In this document: positions 11,272 to 25,100 of the stretch, in pieces
Layout of the letters: every line of letters starts with the position of its first letter
How positions within the stretch are numbered: the stretch's first letter is position 1
From: Candidatus Saccharimonadota bacterium
GTDB taxonomy: Bacteria > Bacillota_I > Bacilli_A > Mycoplasmatales > Hepatoplasmataceae
DNA length: 32,000 bases
Reading direction: 5' to 3'
Assembly: GCA_027925325.1 (NCBI GenBank)
Contig: AP027133.1
Location: 480,001-512,000, forward strand
Made by a program: the position numbers and the translations under genes
The notes under the pieces: model-generated
The model's database searches: none
What the model saw: the letters and a program-made list of their open reading frames with translations, nothing else
What the model was told of the DNA's origin: nothing

Positions 11272-12120
11272 ATGTTTGCACTTTATAAAATGCAAGCCAG
11301 AGTTTGATTTAAGAATCCTTTTTCTTATTTCAGTTTCATATTTGCGACATTTTTCCTTGTTGTATTGGGTGCAATATCTGCCGTTCAAGATACAACATCA
11401 GGAGCAAGTGATCAACAGGTTCAATTGTTAGTTCAAACTTCATTTGGAATGGCAATCTCAGCTATGATCATAAGTTCAGCAAATAACTTTGGTTTTACAA
11501 TCTTTAACTTAAGAGATTCGATTCTTTTAAAAAGAATCGGAGCTACCAAAATTACAAAAACACAGGTTATCTCAGAAATTGTCTTATGAGGGATAACAAC
11601 ATTATTTTTTGTAATGATTTGAATCTTTTTCTTACAATGATTATTGGGAGTAACCGGCTTCTTCGGACAATATTCTACCGGTGAAAATATCGAAACAGAT
11701 TGAGGAAGAATTAAATGAGGAGGATTAATTGTTGCTATATTAATCGGAGCTGTCGTAAGTTACACAATTGCTCTCTTCTTTATTTCTATCTCTCCTAATA
11801 CTGATACTTACAATATAATTACTTTATTTTACTTCTTCTTCGCCGTCTTTTTAGGGGGAGGGGTAACAATTGCAAATACAAGAGATTGAATGAATATCGC
11901 TGGTAAATTAACGCCTATCGGTTGAAATAGAGAATTCATCGTCAGTTCTGTAAGTGGATTTGATGTCTTTAATTTCACAAGCGCTAATATCGTTAATCCT
12001 CCATTTGACAGTTTTGAAAAAATTGAAGGATACACTAGTGCCTTAGACTTCTTTATGCCATTTGTATTTATGATTATTGTAATGCCATTTACAGTTAAGG
12101 CCTTTAAGTGAGATCAATAA
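11272..12120 (+). CDS. ABC-2 type transporter permease (paralog 1)
   Basis: The ATG lies 2 nt after the ATPase stop. The 282-aa product is multi-TM and hydrophobic with many TGA Trp codons. It shares the motif LLKRIGATKITK with the next gene. Confidence 0.75.
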
Positions 12121-12139
12121 GATGGAAAGGAAATAAAAA

Positions 12140-12910
12140 ATGACTGCGCTTTATAAATTAATTTTAAAAACCAATATTAAATCACCAGCATTAGCCTTTC
12201 CGATTGTTACACCAATTGTTTTTATTTTGGTATTTGTAACAGGGACAAATGATCAAGAACTTACAACTTCGTTCTTTAAAATTATTTCAATAATGCTAAT
12301 GCAATCTGGAACTTTTGGATTTGGATTTAACATGATTGCCTTAAAAAAATCAATCATGTTAAAAAGAATCGGAGCTACAAAGATTAGAAAATGAGAGGTT
12401 CTAACCGCAAATATCCTTTATGGATGGACAATGCTTTTAATTAGTTTGGTTTGAACAACATCTTTTGCATTTATTCTTTCTGCTTCAGGATATTATATCT
12501 CTCCTGTTGATGGTAGTACTTTACATCTTAACTTTGCTGGAGTTACAGGTTGAGGAGGAAATTGAGGATATATCGTATTAGGAATTCTTATTTCAATCCT
12601 TGTTGGATACTCAATCGGAATTATGTTTGTTTCATTAGCAAAAACCGATGAACAATTTGCAATGTATGCGATGTTTTATCTATTCTTTACAATCCTTCTT
12701 GCTGGATTATTAATTAATAATGAAATTAGACAAGAAATACCATTTATGGTCTGGGTCGGATACTTTAATCCAACCGTTTGGGCCAATAGTGTCATAAACT
12801 TTGGTGTAACCGGTGTTAATAATGAGGAATTGTGATTAGAAATAGTTGTTCCAATTTTAATGTCATTCTTAGCAATTGGGGTTTCATTAAAAACATTTAA
12901 ATGAGATTAA
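12140..12910 (+). CDS. ABC-2 type transporter permease (paralog 2)
   Basis: The 256-aa product is multi-TM and carries the motif MLKRIGATKIRK. Track fragments 12140-12394 and 12623-12835 are in the same frame and join through TGA codons. Both permeases end in FKWD. Confidence 0.75.
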
Positions 12911-12946
12911 ATCTTTAGAGAAGAAAATTTTAAACCATTTAAAAAC

Positions 12947-12983
12947 AAAGCTAGATTTATCAAAAATCTAGCTTTTCTTTTAT
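12947..12983 (+). terminator. Intrinsic terminator of the ABC operon
   Basis: A 12-bp stem AAAGCTAGATTT / AAATCTAGCTTT (12947-12958 / 12964-12975) has a 5-nt loop and is followed by TTTCTTTTAT. Confidence 0.6.
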
Positions 12984-13025
12984 CTAATAATATAATGAAA
13001 AAATCTTTATATTTTGCTAAAAAAA

Positions 13026-13033
13026 TGTATAAT
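13026..13033 (+). promoter_or_regulatory. Candidate -10 element (TGTATAAT) for the tRNA cluster
   Basis: TATAAT at 13028-13033 is preceded by TG and lies ~28 nt upstream of the tRNA-Tyr 5' end. No convincing -35 element is present. Confidence 0.35.
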
Positions 13034-13060
13034 TAATTGGATATAAAATCCAAGGTATTT

Positions 13061-13146
13061 GGAGGGGTAGCGAAGTCTGGCTAAACGCGGGTGACTGTAG
13101 ATCATTTCCCTTTGGGTTCGGGGGTTCGAATCCCTCCCCCTCCACC
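13061..13146 (+). tRNA. tRNA-Tyr (GTA), class II with a long variable arm, CCA encoded
   Basis: The acceptor stem is GGAGGGG/CCCCTCC, the anticodon loop is CTGTAGA and the T-arm is GGGGGTTCGAATCCCTC. It folds by hand into a cloverleaf. Confidence 0.9.
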
Positions 13147-13151
13147 ATAAA

Positions 13152-13226
13152 TGGTCTGTAGCCAAGCGGTAAGGCACATGGTTTTGGTCCATGTATGCGT
13201 AGGTTCGAATCCTGCCAGACCAGCCA
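13152..13226 (+). tRNA. tRNA-Gln (TTG), CCA encoded
   Basis: The acceptor stem is TGGTCTG/CAGACCA, the anticodon stem-loop is CATGG-TTTTGGT-CCATG and the T-loop is GGTTCGAATCC. Confidence 0.9.
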
Positions 13227-13230
13227 TTAT

Positions 13231-13306
13231 GGCCTCATAGCTCAGTCGGTAGAGCAACTGACTCTTAATCAGTGGGTCGAAGGTTCAAGTCCTTCTGGGG
13301 TCACCA
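13231..13306 (+). tRNA. tRNA-Lys (CTT), CCA encoded
   Basis: The anticodon stem-loop is ACTGA-CTCTTAA-TCAGT, the D-arm is AGCTCAGTCGGTAGAGC and the T-arm is GAAGGTTCAAGTCCTTC. Confidence 0.9.
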
Positions 13307-13344
13307 TCAGTTTTTAGCAATTAATTAAATTGTCTTTGTTAATT

Positions 13345-13420
<76 letters not shown>

Positions 13421-13424
13421 TATA

Positions 13425-13513
13425 GCCCAGGTGGTGGAATTTGGTAGACACGAGGGACTTAAGCTCCCTTGGTCATTTTGACTGTGCGGGTTCAAGTCCC
13501 GCTCTGGGCACCA
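13425..13513 (+). tRNA. tRNA-Leu (TAA), class II, CCA encoded
   Basis: The acceptor stem is GCCCAGG/CTGGGC, the anticodon stem-loop is AGGGA-CTTAAGC-TCCCT, a long variable arm is present and the T-arm is GCGGGTTCAAGTCCCGC. Confidence 0.9.
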
Positions 13514-13517
13514 CAAG

Positions 13518-13543
13518 AGTAAGTTTAACTTACTTTTTTTTTA
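13518..13543 (+). terminator. Intrinsic terminator of the tRNA cluster
   Basis: The stem AGTAAGT / ACTTACT has a TTA loop and is followed by a run of T residues. Confidence 0.6.
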
Positions 13544-13585
13544 AAATTATTTTTATATTAGAATTATTTTAAAAAAAAGGTAAAT

Positions 13586-13594
13586 TGGTATAAT
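13586..13594 (+). promoter_or_regulatory. Extended -10 element (TGGTATAAT)
   Basis: A perfect TATAAT at 13589-13594 with an upstream TG lies 17 nt before ATG 13611. Confidence 0.45.
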
Positions 13595-13610
13595 TATATC
13601 GCTTGTTATT

Positions 13611-14234
13611 ATGAATAATAAAAATTTTAAATTTAAAATAGATGAAAGAAATATTCAACTAATATTAAATCGCATCAAAACAAATTCAAAATTAAAATGA
13701 ATTCTAATTTTAGGATTTGTTCTTATTCCTTATACCTTATTTTGAGTTTTATTCGGTGGAAATGAAAGTAATTTCTTCCTTTGATTAAATCAATATGATG
13801 ATGCCCCTCGTTTAGCATATGTAATTATTGATTATGGAATGCAATGATTAATCGCTGTTGTATGGGCAATTGTCGCTTTATTTTCAATTGATATCTTAAG
13901 TAAAAAAAATAAAGATATCAAAAAAGATGTATATTTTTCAATCGTCGGTTGAACCTTTGTGATGATCAATTTTTGATTAATTCCGATCGGTCTTTGAACA
14001 TTACTGCTCGCGATTCCATTTTATGTCTGCGGAGTAGCAATTGTTATCGTTATTCAAATCTTTTTATTTATGAAAAATTACCAAAAAAACCTGCAAAATA
14101 TGCAAGATAATTTTCCTGATGTTTTCAATCAACAAAATAATCAAGATGAAATAAAAATTGAAGATCATAAAAAAGATAAAGACGATAAAGATAATAAAAA
14201 AGATGATGATCAAAATACAATTGATATCAAATAA
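13611..14234 (+). CDS. Hypothetical small integral membrane protein with a K/D-rich C-terminal tail (207 aa)
   Basis: It was translated codon by codon and contains seven in-frame TGA (Trp) codons, so it is completely invisible in the ORF track. About four hydrophobic segments are present (ILILGFVLIPYTLFWVLF, WLIAVVWAIVALF, IVGWTFVMINFWLIPIGLW, VCGVAIVIVIQIFLF). The tail is EDHKKDKDDKDNKKDDDQ. Confidence 0.65.
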
Positions 14235-14250
14235 TTATTTAATTATCATC

Positions 14251-14955
14251 TTAAAGAATTTTGCTTTTAATCGCTTTATTCTCAATTTTAATCTTTAAGT
14301 TAAATTTCTTTGCTAATCTTATCAAAGTAATATAAAGAATATAATTATCCTTGTATCGAAAACAGATTATCTTATCACCACGTGCGTAAATGATAAATCC
14401 ATAATCTTGCAGTTGTACTTTTTTAATATCACGATACTTAAAAATATCAATAATTTGTGATCTCTTTTGATCATAGAAAACGATCTCAGAAGCAGAAAAA
14501 ATCAATTCTCCCTTGTTCTCTAATTGATAGATATGATTTTGATCTAATAAAAATTTATTTATATTCTTATAAAGAAAATAAGCGATCTTTTCTAATTTAA
14601 TTCCTCGATAAGAAGATTCATAGGGAGTTTCAATTGTTTTAAAAAATCTTCGATTTGTAAAATCCCTTGCTAACATATATTGTAAATTTAAATCTTCATA
14701 ATTATATAATCTTAAATCTAATTTTAAGATTATATTTTTCATTTTATTAAGAAAAAGTTGATTGTTACGATAATTTTTATTTTTTCAATCAGCAAACAAA
14801 ATACCCTTATATTCATTAAATAAATCATAATCAAAATCTTTTCCAATATCTTTGATATCTTTTTTTGATAATTTATCTAAATTAGCAAGATTTAACCTCT
14901 GATTAATCTTATAAAATTGATATTGAATATTTGCTTTTTCCTTAAATGTTGTCAT
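14251..14955 (-). CDS. Hypothetical protein (234 aa), last gene of the accessory island
   Basis: Track ORF 14251-14742 extends 71 codons upstream in frame through one TGA to ATG 14955-14953 (MTTFKEKANIQYQFYKINQR). No motif was recognised. The C-terminal half is beta-rich (GELIFSASEIVFYDQKRSQIIDIFKYRDIKKVQLQDYGFIIYARGDKIICF), which loosely resembles bacterial PH/GRAM-like domains. Confidence 0.6.
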
Positions 14956-14987
14956 AATGAAATTTATATTACTATTTAATTTTAAAT

Positions 14988-16097
14988 TTAAATAAAATAT
15001 TTTTTAAAATAATTTTCAATTATTTTAATTTTGTTAGGGAGATGAAAAATTAGATCTTCTTTCATATCTTGTATTACTTTAATTAATTGTTTTTTATATT
15101 TTATAGAAAAATAAATTCCATCATAATAAAAAATTTTAGATAAGGATTTAATTGATTCAAAATATTTAAAATCATCTTGATTTAATCAATTATCAAATAT
15201 AACTGTTTTATTATGATAAATTTTATTTCTTAAATCTTTAACATTTTTTAATTCCTCAATATATTCGGCTTTAAAATTTCTTATCTTTTCTGAATCTAAT
15301 TCATTGAAATTTTTAAAATAAAAATCTCAAGAATTCCAATTCGCTGTTAATTCATAATTTTTAAAAATTAATCTAAATAAATTTTTAAAAGATTCATTTT
15401 CAAATTTTCTTATTAGTTCAATATAATCCGAAAAATTCATTTCCTCAAATACAATTTCAATATTTTCATTAGAGGATTTTAAATTTTCTATAGTTGTAAT
15501 TGATTCGATATATTTTTTAAATTCAGGTGTTGGATTCTGAAGTATTTTAGGTGTAAATTTAATCTTATTAAATGGTAAATCTTGAACTCTAATTATAGTC
15601 ATTAAAATATTTCTTAAATATATTTCAAATTCATTTAATCAATTTCTTATAATTTCTCTTGATAAATTTTGAAAATTCCAAAATTTATCAATTATAAAAG
15701 GATTTAAAAATTCGTTATTTTCTGAATTTATTTTCAATATCTTTTTATATATATGCCAAATAAATCTAAAATTATAAATATTTGCACATGAAAAGAACTT
15801 ATTTAAATCAATAAAATTACTATTGAAAGGAGTTTTAAATTGTAATCTCATTAGATAACTATTTAGTAATTTTTTATCTGATAAAATTTTTTTAATTTTA
15901 TCTTGAAATAATAAATTCCAAACCTTTTCATAATATTTATTATTACTTATAAAGTTTAATTGTTTTTCAATGTCATTTCGAATATTATATATATAAAGAT
16001 TATCTTGATTGATAATTTCATCTATTTCAGATTTAATTTCTTTTTCATTAATTCTTTTTTTATTTTCATCCATTTCTTTATAAAATCCATTTTCCAT
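14988..16097 (-). CDS. Abi_2 (AbiD/AbiF-like) abortive-infection family protein with a HEPN Rx4H motif (369 aa)
   Basis: Track ORFs 15639-16097 and 15327-15602 are in the same frame and join through TGA at 15639-15641. The frame then continues through TGA at 15327-15329 to TAA 14990-14988. The ordered Abi_2-like blocks are IYNFRFIWHIYKKIL, EFEIYLRNILMTII, NFSDYIELIRKF and KDLRNKIYHNKTVIF (R-x4-H). Confidence 0.7.
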
Positions 16098-16140
16098 TTT
16101 TTTACCTTTTTTAAAATAAAATTTTAAATTTACGTATAGA

Positions 16141-16938
16141 TTAATTAAAATTAATATTATAAATCTCTAAAATATTATTAATTTCTCTCTTTAAATTATT
16201 CTTAATTATTTCATTGTCAGAAATATTACTGAAAATACTTTTTAAATCAGAAAATGATATATTTGAAAATTTTTTTCAAAAATTTTCTCCACGAAATAAA
16301 TTTTTATTTTCTTTTAAATAATCATCACTCCATCTTTTTTTATCATTAAAAAAATATAAAATAGGATTTATATCTTTATAACTTATTTTATTTTTCTCAA
16401 AATATCTTCTCAAAGAAAATGTAGTTTCAAATAATTTCTTATAAATATTTTCATGTTTTCCAGTATCGTGATTATCTAAAAATTTTATTTCAAATAAATA
16501 ATAATTTTCATTATTGTCATATAACAAAAGATCAATATCTTTTCTTTTGATTTTTTTGTTACTTGTTAAATCTTTATATTTTACATTTTTAAAAAAATTT
16601 AAATTAAAATCTCTTTTATTCTTCATATAATCTTCAATCGCATCATTTTCTTCTTTAGAAATAAGGCTGTCAATTTTTTTACCTGATAAATTTGATAAAT
16701 TATATTTTTGATCATTTTTCAAGATATCTCTAATTAATTTCTCAATATAGTTTCCAAAACTAATATTTAAAGATTGTAGATAGCTTATTAAATTTCTATA
16801 TTCAATCGGTAGAAAATGAATTTTGGTTTTGTTTTCTTTAGTTTTTTTATCAAATTCTTTTGCTTCAATTTTAGATTTTATTAATTTATTTGTATTATCT
16901 AAAATTATTCTTTCTAATTCAGTTTTATTTAAATTCAC
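16141..16938 (-). CDS. Putative type II restriction endonuclease, PD-(D/E)xK fold (265 aa)
   Basis: GTG 16938-16936 is the first start codon after an in-frame stop, with AAAGGAA 10 nt upstream. The ORF reads through TGA at 16276-16278 to TAA 16143-16141. The candidate catalytic motif is KDIDLLLYDNNENYYLFEIKFLD (D ... E-x-K). It lies immediately downstream of the methyltransferase gene and overlaps it. Confidence 0.6.
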
Positions 16939-18031
16939 TTTGATTAATTCCTTTTCTTATATCATCTATTAAAATATAATTATCCTCTATTTTTATATAT
17001 CAATATCTTCATCCATTTAAATATCTACCATTTTCAAATAATTCTGTTGCTTTATGAATAGAATACTCATTTTTATTAATTTCTATTTTTCCTTCTAAAT
17101 TTAGAAGAGCTTTTTCTTTTCTTGAATTATATAAATATTTTGTTTTTAATTTATTTTCTTTTATTAAATTAATAATTTTTGGATATATAATCTTTTGATC
17201 AAATTTAGAATTAATATGATCTATTAATGAATAATCATCATCTTGAATTGATTTAACATTATGAATTCTTTCATTGGCATATTTTACATATTCAATATTA
17301 TTTTCAATCCCTATAAAATTTCGATGCAATTTTTTTGCAACTGCTCCTGTTGTTCCTGTACCAAAAAATGGATCTAAAATAATATCATTTCTTTTTGTAG
17401 TTGCTAAGATAATTCTTTCTAATAATTTTTCAGGTTTTTGAGTATTATGCAATTTATTCCCATCATGATCTTTTAATCTTTCTTTTCCTGAACATATTGG
17501 AAATTTTCAAACACTTCGCATTTGCTTATTATCATTTAAATTTTTCATCGTTTTATAATTAAATGTAAATTTAGAATTTTTTGATTTTACAAATCATATT
17601 AAATTCTCATTTGAATTTACAAATTTAGTTCCCCTAAAATTAGGAGTAGGATTTGTCTTTTCTCAAGTTATGTCATTAATTACTCAAAAATTCAAATTTT
17701 GAATAATATATCCTAATCTATAAATATTATGAAATGTTCCCATTACTCAAATTGAACCATTATCTTTTAAAATTCTTTTACATTGAGTTAATCATTTTTT
17801 TGTAAAATTATCATATTCTTTATAAGATCCAAATTTATCCCACTCATCATTTACACCTTTATATTTATTTCCATCGATTCTGTAAAGAATTCCAGCCCCT
17901 GTTTGCATAAAATAAGGAGGATCAGCAAAAATTAAATCAACAGATTTTGAAGGAATCTTTTTTAATTCTTTTAAACTATCTCCTAAAATTATTTTATTTT
18001 TTAATTTATTTATGTCCGTGTTCATTTTCAT
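16925..18031 (-). CDS. Site-specific DNA methyltransferase (N6-adenine), beta class, CcrM/M.HinfI family (368 aa), probable GANTC specificity
   Basis: Track ORFs 17792-18031 and 17009-17452 are in the same frame and join through several TGA codons. The frame continues past TGA 17009-17011 to TAA 16927-16925. Motif IV IFADPPY precedes motif I ILDPFFGTGTTG, with HNTQKPEKLLERII between them. The family-specific C-terminal domain is SIHKATELFENGRYLNGWRYWYI...IDDIR. Confidence 0.9.
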
Positions 18032-18038
18032 TTAACTA

Positions 18039-18044
18039 ATTATA
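18039..18044 (-). promoter_or_regulatory. Candidate -10 (TATAAT on the minus strand) for the methyltransferase/endonuclease/Abi transcription unit
   Basis: The minus strand reads TTTATAATTAGTTAAATGAAAATG. The TATAAT lies between the rpoC terminator and the methyltransferase ATG at 18031, which implies a very short 5' UTR. Confidence 0.35.
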
Positions 18045-18060
18045 AATAATCATTTAATAA

Positions 18061-18093
18061 ATATAAAAAATCTCTTAAAATAAGAGATTTTTC
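18061..18093 (-). terminator. Intrinsic terminator downstream of rpoC
   Basis: The minus strand reads AAATCTCTTA-TTT-TAAGAGATTT followed by TTTATAT. It begins 19 nt after the rpoC TAA. Confidence 0.55.
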
Positions 18094-18111
18094 TATTAAT
18101 AATATAAATAT

Positions 18112-22089
<3,978 letters not shown>

Positions 22090-22103
22090 AATTTTATTGC
22101 TCC

Positions 22104-25100
22104 TTATAATGAATTATCGATTTCAACTTCATCGTTATTTTCATCTAAGAATCGAAGATCAATTCCTAAACCACGTAACTCATAAAATAAAACTCAAAAT
22201 CCTTCCGGAATATTTGGTCTTGGTAATTTCTTCCCTTTTGCAATTGAGTTATATAATTCATTTCTTCCTTTAATATCATCTGATTTTAATGTCAACATCT
22301 CTTGTAAAAGATTTGAAGCACCATAAGCTTCAAGTGCTCAAGCTTCCATTTCACCAAATCTCTGTCCACCATTTTGTGCTTTTCCTCGTAGTGGTTGTTG
22401 TGTAATCAATGAATAAGGACCGATTGAACGGGCATGCATTTTATCATCAACCATGTGTGATAATTTAAGCATATACATCACACCAACAGTTATTTTATCC
22501 TCATATCTTTGTCCACTAATTCCATCTGTAAGATAAAATTTTCCTGTTTGATCTAATTTAGATTCTTTTAAAACATCGACGATATCTTTTTGTGTAGCAC
22601 CATTAAAAATCGGTGTTGCGACCTTTATATTTAACATTTTTGCCGCCATTCCTAAGTGAACTTCAAGAATCTGTCCGATATTCATTCTTGAAGGTACTCC
22701 CAATGGATTTAACATTACATCGATCGGTGTCCCATCTTCAAGATAGGGCATATCTTCTTCTGGCAAGATTCGAGAAACAACACCTTTGTTACCATGTCTT
22801 CCCGACATCTTATCCCCTTCTTTTAATTTTCTTTTTTGAGCGATGAAAACTTTTACAATTTTTTCAATTCCATCATCTAAACGATCGCCATTTTCTTTTG
22901 AAATAATCTTAACATCTTGTACGATTCCTTCTGCTCCATACGGAACTCTTAAAGATGAATCTTTGGTATTTTTTGATTTATTTCCTAAAATCGCATCTAA
23001 TAATTTATCTTCTGGTGATAAATCATCTTCCCCTTTTGGTGTTACTTTCCCAACTAAGACATCACCGACTTTTACCTCTGAACCGACAAGTATTATTCCA
23101 TCTTTATCTAAATTACGCATCGATTCTTTAGAAGAATTAGGAACATCAATTGTAATTTTTTCTTTTCCTAATTTTGTATTTCGTTCCTCTATCTTATGTT
23201 CTTCAATATGAATTGATGTAAAAGTATCATCTTTTATCAGACGAGAAGAGATAATAATCGCATCTTCGTAGTTATATCCTCTTCAAGTTGTAAAGGCAAC
23301 AAGAACATTTTTTCCAAGTGCAAGTTCGGCGTTATCAACAGAAGGACCATCGGCGATAATATCACCTTTTTTTACCTTTTCATTTATTTTTACGATCGGT
23401 TTTTGATTAATTAAAGAAGCTTGATTTGATCGTAAGAATTTTTTTAATTTATAAATATGTTCTTTTTTATCTTTATTGATAATTTTAATTAATCTTGAAC
23501 TAACAAAACTAACTTTTCCATCTTCTTGTGCACACAACACTGTTGGTGAGTATTTTGCTGAAACCTCTTCAATTCCCGTTCCAACAACCGGAGCTTCGGC
23601 TTTGATTAGCGGAACAGCCTGTCTTTGCATGTTTGCTCCCATTAATGCTCTATTTGCATCATCATTTTCAAGAAAGGGAATATGAGAAGTTGCAATTGAA
23701 ACAATTTGTTTTGTTGAAACATCAACCAAACTAATTTCTGATCTTTTTACAGAGACAAATTCGCCATCTCGTCTTGCAATTAAAACCTTATCGACAATTT
23801 TATTATTATTAATTGCGATATTAGCAGGAGCAATCGTATGACCTTTTTCATCATCAACAGTCATATAAATAACGTTATTTTTATTAATCATTCCATCCTT
23901 AACTTCAAAATAAGGGGTCTCTAAAATTCCATATTCATTAATTCTTGCATATATCGCTAAATTTAAAATCAAACCAATATTTGGTCCTTCCGGCGTTTCA
24001 ATCGGATCGATTCTTCCATAGTGTGTATCATGAATTCCCCGTACGATTAATGAAGCTGTATCACGAGATAATCCTCCCGGCCCAAGGGAAGTAATTCTTC
24101 TTTTATTTGATAATTCTGCAAGTGGATTTATCTGATCCATAAATTGTGAAAGTTGAGAAGAGTTAAAAAATTCCTTGAAGACCGATTCAATTAATTTATG
24201 ATTGATTGAATTTTTAATCGTAACATTTGTCGTATCTTTTGCTGAGATTCTTGATTTTAAATTTTTCTCAATTCCAATTAAACCGATTCGAAATTGATTT
24301 TGTAATAATTCATTAATTGATTTTATCTTTCGATTAGAAAGTGAATCAATATCATCATAATCACTAATTCCCTGTTCTAAATTGATAAAATAACCGATAG
24401 CTGCAATAATATCAGAAATTGTAAGAATAATATCATTCTTATAAGGAGAAGATAAAATATTAATTATTTTATTATGATCAAATGGATCATAAATTTTTAT
24501 AATATTAACCTGTGTAAAATTTTTAATAATTTTTTCTTCTTCCTCTTTTTTTGCTATATCATTACTTAATTTTGTCTGATATGAATTTAAAGGACTGAAT
24601 TCACCAAAAATTTCTTGGTCAATTTGATAATTTGAATATGATAAATTATTATCTTTTCAATAATCATTAATTATAGTTGCTTTTGCAAGATCGATTTTTG
24701 TATCTTTTTTAAAAATAACATTTCCCTTGCTATCTTTTAAATCACTCGCTAATGTCTGATCTAAAATACGATTCTTTGGTGCAAATTTTACATTTAATTT
24801 ATATCTTCCAGTCTTTGAAAGATTATATCTTTTAGGATTAAAAATTAAATTAGAAATCGCATCATTTACGGCCTTTTTTTCAAATCGATCACCGGAATGA
24901 ATAACTTTAAAAATTGCTTTCCGTGCTTTATATGAATCTGTTTCATCTTTTGTAATTTTTTTAAATGATTCTTCGATTAATTCATGACTTGAATAAATAT
25001 CAAAGATATCTTCTCTTGTCAACCCAAATGCATTTAATAGTGTCACAAATTTTAATTTTTTTGATTTATCAATTCTAATCTTGATATCACTAGGATTAAT

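Noticed and set aside
11182-12035. Minus-strand ORFs 11182-11388 and 11829-12035, and short plus-strand ORFs 5345-5527 and 5639-5830
   Set aside because: They are antisense or out-of-frame relative to the permease and 599-aa membrane protein genes, which are continuous under code 4.
13007-13192. 61-aa minus-strand ORF across the tRNA cluster
   Set aside because: It overlaps tRNA-Tyr and tRNA-Gln on the opposite strand. Its GC-rich codons simply reflect the tRNA stems.
13425-18093. Integrative mobile element inserted at the tRNA-Leu 3' end
   Set aside because: No integrase, recombinase or transposase gene is present. I found no direct repeat of the tRNA-Leu 3' end at the rpoC-proximal border. 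The region is treated as an accessory island of unknown acquisition mechanism, not as a defined mobile element.
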